Source: Octopus vulgaris (lineage: Eukaryota). From it: a stretch of DNA of 64,000 nucleotides. The notes beneath the pieces were generated by a model. It made no database searches and was not told the DNA's origin. It saw nothing but the letters and a program-made list of their open reading frames with translations. Every line of letters starts with the position of its first letter. Within the stretch, counting starts at the first letter, position 1. The translations under genes and the position numbers were made by a program. Positions 53,063 through 64,000 of the stretch are shown piece by piece. The stretch lies in NCBI GenBank assembly GCA_951406725.2, contig OX597832.1, forward strand, positions 17,856,001 through 17,920,000. Direction: 5' to 3'.

Positions 53063-53506
53063 AAACAGTGGAGTTCGCGGGTAAAGTTCTGTTGCCTTGG
53101 GGATACATTTGGAGGAAATTGGCGTTAACTTGTATAGTGCCACATACATGCAGTTGCTGAAGGACATTTTGATACCAGACTTGGATGAAGGTGAGACTTT
53201 TCGGTGTGACGGGACTCCATATCAGGTATTGCGTGCAATTCAACAGAGTCTGGCTGATGAAGGTTTCACCGTATTGAAAGATTGGCCAGCTCAGAGCCGT
53301 GACTTAAATATCAACGAACAAATGTGGACAGAACTAAAAGAGACGAGATCGTCATAAGAATCCACGCAAACATGAAGAGTTGTGGGAGCTCAGCCACAGA
53401 GGATGACATCTCATATCTGTGAAGATTGTTAGGTATTTGTACGCATCTCTTCCCATGCACATTGAAGCAGTTATTAAAACAAAGAGAAGTAACACGAAAT
53501 ATTAAC
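53063..53506 (+). mobile_element. Tc1-like transposase 3' fragment (D35E spacing in this copy)
   Basis: ORF 53097-53357: F..DGTPYQ...LKDWPAQSRDLNINEQMWTELK, then frameshifted SLPMHIEAVIKTKRSNTKY*, matching Tc1 WPSQSPDLNPIENLW and SMP.R..AVI...GG.TKY. Confidence 0.85.
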
Positions 53507-53777
53507 ATGTACAGGAACGTCTTGAAATGAACATTATATAATAAATTTTCATTATAGTCATTTTTTGTTTTAAAACACTGATTCTTGATTGGTTTATGTG
53601 AGGTAATCGAAAACATTTGCACGGGCATTTTAGGTGATCGTCTCACCCCACCTCTGATACAGAAATCCCACTAGAAAACATAATTATTAGGTACGAAATG
53701 ACTTCAAAAGGGTCAATGTTTCATCTGTGAAAAATTCAAGTCGAAAAATTCACTTCTCAGTTGACAAATAGTAGGAA

Positions 53778-54160
53778 CTAGCAGTATCGCCCGGCGTTGC
53801 TCAGGTTTGTAAGGGAAATAACTATAAAGCATTTTTAGAGAGTTATAGCCAAAAAATAGCAAAAAAATGGAAAAAAAAATGATGGTTAATTTTTTTGAGA
53901 GTTAAAACAGGTGGAGTTGCGTCCCCTAGACGGTCTGTGGTTTGGGTTTCTCATTCTCGACCCCATGTCGAATTTATCGATTTTTTTCAGAACTGGGGGA
54001 ACTTTTCAAAATTTTCGCTGCGTTAGTTTTGAATTATGACATTGGGCTATGTGTGTGTCAAGTTTCATCAGAATCGGTTGAAAGCCGTGGTCAGAGTGAG
54101 GGTACGAGAAAACAGACACACAGAAACACGCACAGACAAACTGCCGTTTATATAGAGAGA
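53778..54160 (-). mobile_element. Non-autonomous Helitron (Lep1-like architecture, 383 bp)
   Basis: Minus strand: A|TCtctctatataaacggcagtttgtctgt ... cctgagcaacgccggg cgatactg CTAG|T. Confidence 0.82.
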
Positions 54161-54507
54161 TATTTATGATAGTTTAAACTTACGGAAGACTTTTGCTCGG
54201 TACGCATATGTGTGTGTGTGTGTGTTTGTACACACACACTTATATATTTATATATATATATATATCGATGATTTTATGTAATATGTCATATATCGGAATT
54301 CCGCCAAATGTGTTTTCTTGAATATTGTTGCTTGCAATAGCCGGTTGTTTTGTTCAAACTATCGCAATTCCAGCTATTTCAGATGCCAAGATATCAAAAA
54401 TTGTCAAAGGGTAGTACAACGGTTTTGCTATGCAACGGGAAAACTATTTTTTTCGTTTTCTGAAAAAGCATCGTTTTGGACTTACGACACATTTGCATAA
54501 TAGCAAC

Positions 54508-54547
<40 letters not shown>

Positions 54548-54548
54548 C

Positions 54549-54611
<63 letters not shown>

Positions 54612-55466
54612 TGATAGATACATACAGGTATATGTCTGTGTGCGTATACACTTGAATATTATGATTGTGTTTAAATATGCAGGGAAAGTACTATCCAATA
54701 ATAAACCAATGCATATTATCATATGGAGTTTATTTGTAATTGAGTGTTAAATGCACGTTCTTTGATTGACTAAAAATGACTTGTCTCAAATATCATAACA
54801 ATTTGATTGTTGTTCGTTTATTCAAATAAAACTACACTAATAATAAATATAATTAATAATACATGAAACTCAGTAAAAATCTATTAACAAAAGTTAACAT
54901 AAAAGGATTTTTGTTGAACACAGATCGTTAAACTCGAATATCAGGTGACAGTATATGTTATCATGGTCAGTGAATGAGATTAGGAAACTGTTTTACAGTT
55001 GTAATAGATATGGATGCAACTTAAGGTACATCAAAATATACCCAAAGGAAATCCTTGCATGTGAAACTAGAAATTCTATTAATTTTCTCAAAATCTGCAA
55101 TATATACTGATATATCTACAGTATAGTAATATATACTGATGAACGAAAATGGTACAGCCTCAGAAGAAAGAACGATTTCATCTATTAAATTTGCTTTACA
55201 AATCTGAAATTTAATACTACTTAGATATTAATTATACAGGGCTTTGTCACATATAGTAACCCGTTTAATAATATAATATATATGTACATATATACAAATT
55301 AATATATATATATATATATATGTATATGTATATATATATGTACGTATATATATATATATGTATGTACATATGTATGTATATTTATATATGTATATATGTA
55401 TGTATATATATATGTATGTATATGTATGTATATATATATATATATGTATGTATATATATATATTTT

Positions 55467-55508
<42 letters not shown>

Positions 55509-56486
55509 ATTTTAGTTCTTAAAAATTATATCCGACGGTTGCGGTCTTTAGCCTCCAGTCTAATACAAAGAACATATTCTAAAATCACATAAGATGCATT
55601 ATTCAATTTATTCCTAATTGTATTTACAGTATGTATATCGAACAATTACCAAGAGCTATTAAATATCTCCATTAAATAGCCAATAGCATTAAAGATATCT
55701 ACTGACGAGTTTTAGTTAAAATCTGGCCTCTTCATTGCAGACTCGATAATTGTTGAACAGAATATCTAACATTAATTAACAACGTATCATAATTATATAT
55801 TGTATATTCTATAATAACTAAATAGTTTTGACAATAATAACTGTGTAATTACATTTGTGAAAACCATTTACTTATTGCCATGTCAATATTTTAAACTAAT
55901 ATCTTGTACGGTTTACACAGTGGCTGAAAAAATTATGTACACCAGTAGATATGTTGGTAATTTTTTTAATGACATCCAATTAAATAATTTAATTCATTTT
56001 TATTTTATAGTAATAAAGAATATAAAAATACTTGTTCAAATAAGCGCAAAGAATATTAATTATCATAATCACTATAATAATTGAATCATAATATTCATTT
56101 ATGATATGTGTTCTAGAAAGAACTAAAACTCAAGTACCTACAGTATTTTAATATATAAGAATAATTAAAATGAACAACCTTCTGATAGTGGACAAATTAG
56201 TTTAGGTAAATTTAAGTATTTATTGAGTTTCCGTCTCGATCCGATAATAAACGAAGCGTATAAGCTGTTAAACGTAACTTCGTAGTGTGTACTTTGAATA
56301 ATATCCTTCGACTCTGATATCCTGCGAGTTATCTCAGGATCCCTTGCTGACAATGTAACCTTCGTTTCACTAAGGCATCTTCGGCATGGTGAGTAAAGAA
56401 TGGAGTCTCTCTCGTTGAGAAACTTATTAATTCCGAGGTTTTGGTTTTCTAGGCTGGATTTTACCTACTCCATTCCCTCAATTCGA

Positions 56487-56527
<41 letters not shown>

Positions 56528-56541
56528 AGTGAGTGTGCGTG

Positions 56542-56585
<44 letters not shown>

Positions 56586-56586
56586 G

Positions 56587-56679
<93 letters not shown>

Positions 56680-56700
56680 ATACACACATGCACAGACATG

Positions 56701-56740
<40 letters not shown>

Positions 56741-58849
56741 CATGCACATATATGTATAAGTAAACATACATGTATGTATATATGCATATAGTGATTTAAT
56801 GGTGTGTGTGTGTGTTTGAATGTGTTTGTGTATGTATGCTTGTGTGTTTGTGCGTTTTTGCAAGCGCATGCTTCTTGGTAACTATTTGTCTGAGAACTTT
56901 TATACGCTTGTAATTTGGTCAATACCGATGACATAGCATCGAAAAACAGTGACTTTTTTCTAATAAATTCTAACAAATTTGCGTCGTATAAAAGTTGGAA
57001 ATAGCGTAATATGTTAATTAAATAATCTTATTACTGAAATTCAACATATTTAATCCTATTTACATATCAATATGAATATGCTGCAATAATTTTGAGAATA
57101 CAATGTCGTCCATTATCTTCTGGCTTTAAATTTGCCATTTCAGATAATGTTTCTTTGAAGGATTCACAAATGAGAGATTTACCTAGAATTGTCTAGTTTA
57201 TCATAGTAGCCCTGATATTTCTCTCACTATCTGTTTACCTGTTTGCACATGATTAAAATCATAGTGACTAAATCAATTATCATAATTATCAGGTGTGAGA
57301 AGTAACTTAATTTGAAGTAATATAACAAATTGCCTATTTTATTTCCTGTGAGAAAGGCTGTTTTGCCCAAGAATTCTGGACGCTGGAGGAAAAGCCTCGA
57401 TTCAGTCCTTCGTATAGAATGAAAACTTTATTTAGCAAGGTTGTAATAGAATGTAGTATGTTAAAATCTTAGGCCACAGTCCTAGATCCACAAAGTTAGA
57501 AGTACCCACTTACTCCTTCAAAACTCCGTAGTTGTGCTAAAAGTCATTTTACCAAGATACTGCGCTGTCAGAACCCACTCAAAGGTGATTTTGCAGCAAA
57601 ATTCTTAATCACAATGCTATGCGTATAGTGATTAAATTCTTCAGGATATGCAAAGTGGAATCCTAGTGTAACTTTAAACTGGCGTGTTGCCGAAAGCATG
57701 GATTCATCTTTGGCCGAGCATTTACGAAATTAGCTTCAAGGAAGAAGAAATGATCCGACGGCATGTAATCTCTTGCATTTATCGTTTATAATGTCAACAT
57801 CACTTCAACTTAACCTTCGTATGTGTAATTGGATAAGCAAAAACGCTGGAATATATCGAGGTACCGTTTGAACGATGAGTCTCCTGTAGTCTATCATTGC
57901 AGATGTGTTGACAAAATAACTTCGGTTTTACACCAATTTCAGGCACACTTCTAATAGCATGATTTCGTAACTTTATCAAGAAATTACATATTCGCATAAA
58001 TTCTTTAGATTTTCCTTTTAAACGAACCATCAATGGTTACATGAGCATCTAAACCATGTAATCCAATATTTTTGGAAGTACATCTTATCGTCCAAGGATA
58101 ACATTGGAATGAGTAATGATGTTTGCTGAATATGTGAATTGAGTACTGATCGTTAGAGATAGAAATTATTGTTTGACTCTCTAGTCGCATCATCTGAGAC
58201 GATACTGTCTCAAACTGATAAGATGTCAAGAGATTTTCCTTGTGACAACACACTGTTCTTTGAAAAGAAGAAAGCATAATAATTGCATGAAATGGTTTCA
58301 CCTGATCTAAAACAACGGAGTACGTGCGTTTCCCAATTTTTCTTTAAGTAGGAAGAGATGAAATTCAATAAATATTATCAGGTGAACAATGTGAAATACT
58401 TTCCGACACAACATTGAACAAATATTTATACTGAGGAGTATACATGAAATTTAATAACTAAGAAATTATGCTAAATAATACAATAAATAATACAAAAATA
58501 AAGAAGTAAATGGATCCATGATTTATCAAAAGAAATCTTTGATAGAAAATTATTTACAACAAATTTATCAGAGGCGACTCAGAGGTTTTACGAAGAAAGC
58601 GTCTGAGGTTTGTATAACTTCATTTCATTAAAAAATTGTCGGGTTCTTTTTTATTTTTGTTTCAATTTTTCATTTGTTTCTTAGTGGTTTCTCTCGTTTT
58701 CCGCCAATGCTCATTTATGTATCATGTTTTACCTCAGTTTAATTAACTGTTGGAGATGCTGAATAACCAATCTATTTAGATGAAGAAACAAAAAGAAATC
58801 CGCTATAATCTATATCTCATGAATGATTTTTTTTTTGTCTTTCCCTTTA

Positions 58850-58941
58850 TAGGAGTATGAGTGGCTGTGTGGTAAGTAGCTTGCTTACCAACCACATGGT
58901 TCTGGGTTCAGTCCCACTGCATGGCATCTTGGGCAAGTGTC

Positions 58942-58946
<5 letters not shown>
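58850..58946 (+). mobile_element. SINE family B head only, running into (TA)n
   Basis: gagtggctgtgtggtaagtagcttgcttaccaaccacatggttctgggttcagtcccactgcatggcatcttgggcaagtgtcttcta. Confidence 0.88.
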
Positions 58947-58996
<50 letters not shown>

Positions 58997-58999
58997 TTC

Positions 59000-59035
<36 letters not shown>

Positions 59036-59571
59036 TTCTACTATATATATATATATATATATAATACTTCAGCGATTTGTAAAAAAAAGATTCACAGAAC
59101 GTCGTATTAAATACCAAGACGTGTGTCTACAAGAAAGAAATGAGTGCGAGTAAATGTCTATATTCTTGTGTATGTCTGTGTTTGACTGTGTAAATACACG
59201 TATTTAAGCTTATGTGTGCATTAGTATGTGTGTTTGTGTGTGTTCAATGAGAGAAATCGAGAATATTTCATCCCATTAGATATTGTCCGAATCCAGCAGA
59301 GCTTCTCTTTCTCGTAAGCAGAATTCATTCCACCATCGCCACATGAATTCGTCCTTCCAGCCACGTTGCCAGCACTCCGACCTGTGACCCATCCATTTGT
59401 ACCCACATAGTCATCAGGGAGTTCATTCACTCATCTATATCATGAGAGTCTCCATAACCCGTTAACACATGGGCTACGGGCAATGCCCTTCAGATCATGA
59501 AGAGTTAAGAATTAGCAACCACAGCAACTTGAAACATCATTATATAAGCATTTAGGGGCGCGCTCACATAA

Positions 59572-59800
<229 letters not shown>

Positions 59801-60009
59801 ATACACACACAACACACACACATATGTATATGGTTTCAGGTGCTATGCTGGTGGTGAAATAAGTAAAAAAAACACTTATACAACATATACACTGCCACAC
59901 GAAGGAGCATACGGGCGTACATATAATCACCAACACAGTTATATATACACATACGCAAAGGCACAAAGACAACCACCTATGCGCACATACGCGGGTACAC
60001 ACAGAGCCG

Positions 60010-60062
<53 letters not shown>

Positions 60063-60736
60063 GTGTGCACTCTATGTATTTGTGTGTATGGTCTGTAAGT
60101 GTATGTGTTTGTATGTGTACAACAACTCAAAATTTCACATGCATATATATGCACTTATTTGAATACGCAAGAAAAAATGCAAAACTGCAAAGAATATATA
60201 AATGGCACCCGAATATACAAAAAGAAAGAAAGAAAGAAAGACAAGGGAGAATGAAAGAGAAGACAGGAAGAACGAAGGTGGGGAACACGGAAGACAGAAA
60301 AGCAAGGAAGCTAGTCGTTTGTCGTCTGCAGATGTTGGCACTTTGTCGCGCTGGACAGGAAGAACCGTAGGACTGGTGGATACTCGAATTCTGCTCCTGG
60401 GCATTGTCAACCCAGCGTGTGTGTTGCTTAGCTTGTAGGGGCCTTTCTTCGCTTTTAACACTTGAGGGCTAGAAAGGAGGAAAAGGAGCAAAAAAAAAAA
60501 AAGAAATAAAGAGGACCAGCTTGGTGGGACACAGGTGGGGACTCCCTTCAAGCAGCAGATCTGCAAGGACCAACTAGCAACGGCTGTGTGTTATAAGTAT
60601 TATGAAGATGTTGCACGCCATTTACGGATGCACAGTGACACATATACACATGTACAGAGACGCACACATACACACGCATACAGACTCACACATACGCACG
60701 CATGCACATGTATATATTTATATACCTGTGTGCACA

Positions 60737-60775
<39 letters not shown>

Positions 60776-60863
60776 TATATATATACATTTATATCATATA
60801 TATATATATATAATATATATGCATATATATATATACATTTATATCATATATATATATACATAT

Positions 60864-60923
<60 letters not shown>

Positions 60924-61020
60924 TATATCACATATATGCATAGATATGTATATATATGTATATATATCATATATGTAGCTATACAAATATATATCTATGT
61001 ATATATATACAAATATACAT

Positions 61021-61071
<51 letters not shown>

Positions 61072-61471
61072 TATGTTTGTATATGTGTAAGTAGGTATGT
61101 GAGTGTGCGCAAGTCTGTGTGTGTGTGTGTGTGTGTAAATGTTTCGCTGTGCGTGTTTTTATTATTAGTGACGTTGTTTAATTGAGATGCTCTTCTGATG
61201 CAACATCTTTCTTCCTCATCGTTTTTCCAACTCATTATTCATTCCTTGCGTGCACCTGATATATTTTCACAGCACCTTCAGGCAACTTTCGAAAGCGTTG
61301 CAAGTCTCCTCTGCCTCTCTCTGTCAATCTCTCTCTTGTTGCTCTCTCTCTCTTTATCTCTCTCTCTCTCTTTCTGTTTCTCGCTCGCTTTCACTTGCCT
61401 TTCCTTGTAGGCACTCAATCTACACGCGTTGACAAACACGCTAAGATGCACAACATCTACAAACAGCAACA

Positions 61472-61541
<70 letters not shown>

Positions 61542-61561
61542 TGTGTGTGTTTGTGTATATA

Positions 61562-61635
<74 letters not shown>

Positions 61636-62276
61636 CGTACATACATATACATATGTGAATAACTATTGCTATATCTATATATATCTATCTATCAGCCACA
61701 CATTCACACACACATACACGCACACACACACACATGTTTAAACGTAGTATACACTATTTCTTTTCTGTTTAATCGCTGGAATGTTTTAGAACAGTTCTTT
61801 CACTTTTTTCTGGGCGCCATTACTTTATTTACTAACAACGGTGTTTATAATAGTAATCATAATAATAAACATTATTATAATTATTATCATTACTATTACT
61901 AATATTACTATCGACATCCTCATCTTAATTAGGAGTGTTGTTGTTATTCTTTTTAACACTATTTCCAATGTTTTTGCAGTCTGTTAGATTACCTCTATGC
62001 TGTATTTTTTCATTATTGCATTTGTATCTCTTTCTGGCCTTGTTTCTATCTACTCCAAATTTATTCATAATTCTGCTATCTGTATCAATCTAGCTTACTT
62101 CTATACCACCATTCCTAAGACAACTATATACATGCGTCCGTGCTTATGCACGTACAACACCTATAAGCACACAAGTGCATATACTTTCTTGCATACGTTT
62201 ATACAGGACAGAAGTCTATGTCTCTATCTCTCAATCTGTCTCTCCATATATGTGTGTGTGTGAGTGTTCGTGTGTG

Positions 62277-62337
<61 letters not shown>

Positions 62338-62470
62338 ATATATAAACATATATGTGTACTTATATACACATACATATACACGCGCGTGTGCACACTAGTG
62401 TATCTGTAAATATATATATATAGATATGTGAGCCAGTTATGTATATATATTCCACTCTTTCACACTTTCA

Positions 62471-62514
<44 letters not shown>

Positions 62515-63144
62515 TAAATCCGTTAATCTTTCTTCTCTGGCCCACTCATTCCTTGTTGACATCAAGTCCTCTCTGCAGACGGCGCTGTGTTGTGCCCTCT
62601 GGCTAATCAGTAGCTTCCCTCATTCTACGATGTATCTTTGGAAACGCTGTTGGTTTCTCTTCGTCTAGTCCTCTTCTGAAACAAAAGAGGAAAAATAAAA
62701 GAACTCATAAAATAAAAAAAAAACGAAGGAAAACAAATAAATACCCCTCTTTCCAGTTGCCTAGCGGCAGACACTTGGAGGGGAATTTTCAATCTTGCAA
62801 GAAAAGTAAGAAAAACACAAGAAAGATTTATCTTTTGTAACAAATTTTTAACAGCTGTTTCCTATTGTGTTGATAGCTTGTGAAATGTTGAGATCAATAC
62901 CACAAGATTTTCCTCATCCGTAGTTTGCTAGAAACATTTATATACGTATATACTGGCAGTTATATATAGATGAATATATATATAAATATATAAATATAAA
63001 TACATGCATTCGAAAGTATATACAAGTGTATAGACATCTCAGTGTGCGTGTATTAATAAACACAAAATTGTATATGCATACGTATTTGATATACGTATAC
63101 GTACATATATATATATTTATATATATACTACTATATATATAGTA

Positions 63145-63215
<71 letters not shown>

Positions 63216-63530
63216 TGTATGTATGTATGTATGTATATGAGTATATATTAAATAAACTATTTGGGGGCAGTAAGGAAAGCAAGATATGTGAGGGATACAT
63301 TTGAATCTATTTATTGTAATTAGGCAATTTTTGTTGCTTTACATACAAAACTGCAACAGATGTAGGTCTGTGCGAATTACCTAAGAAATATCACTGCAAA
63401 GCTGTGACCTTATTTCATAGAATTTTCTGAGAAGATACCTGTTATTGTAAAGAGCTGGATTTGTATATATATATATATAGGCGAACATATATGCACTCAT
63501 TACATATATATGCATATATTTTGGTATATA

Positions 63531-64000
63531 CAAGGATAGGCTGAAAAATTCTTAAGATAACTAGGAAGGAGTAATGCTACGGCTGTCTAATCTTGCTTGC
63601 ATTAATTTGATCTCTGCATTTTAGCTGCATTGTTTCACCTCAGATAAACTGATATCTGATTCTTCAAAAAAACAAAAAAAAACATTCAAGATACCTAGTA
63701 GCGATATTATTTAAAAATCGGCAAAATTTGGCATCGTGGAGTTATGCACCTGTAGAAAAGGTGTGTAATTCCCGAGTACATTAGAAGATAACTCTCCCGC
63801 TATTTCAACAGTGTAATAGTGGGCTGCTGAACTTAGTGAAGCAACAGAGAGTCTTAAATGTGATTGAATGTGTAGAAGTCCTGAAACTACCATCACCAAG
63901 GACAACAGTGATTCTGTTCAAAATGATGGTGATCGATGACGGGTGATTGAATATCAAGTAAAAAGCCAATGAGATTAGTATATCTCGTGAGAAACTTCAG
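63531..64000 (+). mobile_element. Degenerate mariner transposon 5' end, continuing beyond the window
   Basis: TIR-like ta-caaggataggctgaaaaatt. Frameshifted translation KIWHRGV.., TLEDNSPAISTV**WAAEL, ..ESL.., PETTITKDN.DSV, ANEISISRE fits the mariner N-terminal HTH region. Confidence 0.78.

Noticed and set aside
55695-56392. Two possible very decayed hammerheads (CTGACGA at about 55702 plus; CCGAAGA...GAAAC at about 56352-56390 minus)
   Set aside because: Several core and stem defects each; indistinguishable from chance without a family consensus.
57800-58301. Adjacent minus-strand ORFs 57800-58033 and 58005-58301
   Set aside because: No recognisable domain or clear splice signals; lengths are compatible with chance.
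60510-60560. miR-133-like string tcccttcaagcagc
   Set aside because: The seed region mismatches and there is no convincing precursor hairpin.

Overview
AT-rich, microsatellite-saturated eukaryotic DNA. The repeat families look like those of an Octopus genome (recognised from memory, not database-checked). I found no recognisable host protein-coding gene, so the window appears intronic or intergenic. Almost all ORF-track entries are translations of (TA)n, (GATA)n, (ATT)n or (CA)n repeats. Supported content: (1) three tRNA-derived SINE families in more than 25 copies; (2) decayed Tc1/mariner transposons (two mariner, one DD37D/maT, one Tc1-like with D35E spacing); (3) a hAT MITE with a perfect 8-bp TSD; (4) two complete non-autonomous Helitrons; (5) several 3' ends of restriction-like-endonuclease (R4/Dong-type) LINEs; (6) a Penelope-type GIY-YIG remnant. 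The most interesting signal is at least seven type I hammerhead-ribozyme motifs of the minimal, Penelope-associated kind (5129, 5565, 6989, 7559, 15738, 17868, 46068). They belong to several short non-coding elements in or beside (TA)n tracts. Two are enclosed by long inverted repeats, and one is fused behind a tRNA-like Pol III head, giving a candidate ribozyme-tailed SINE. SINE boundaries are approximate.
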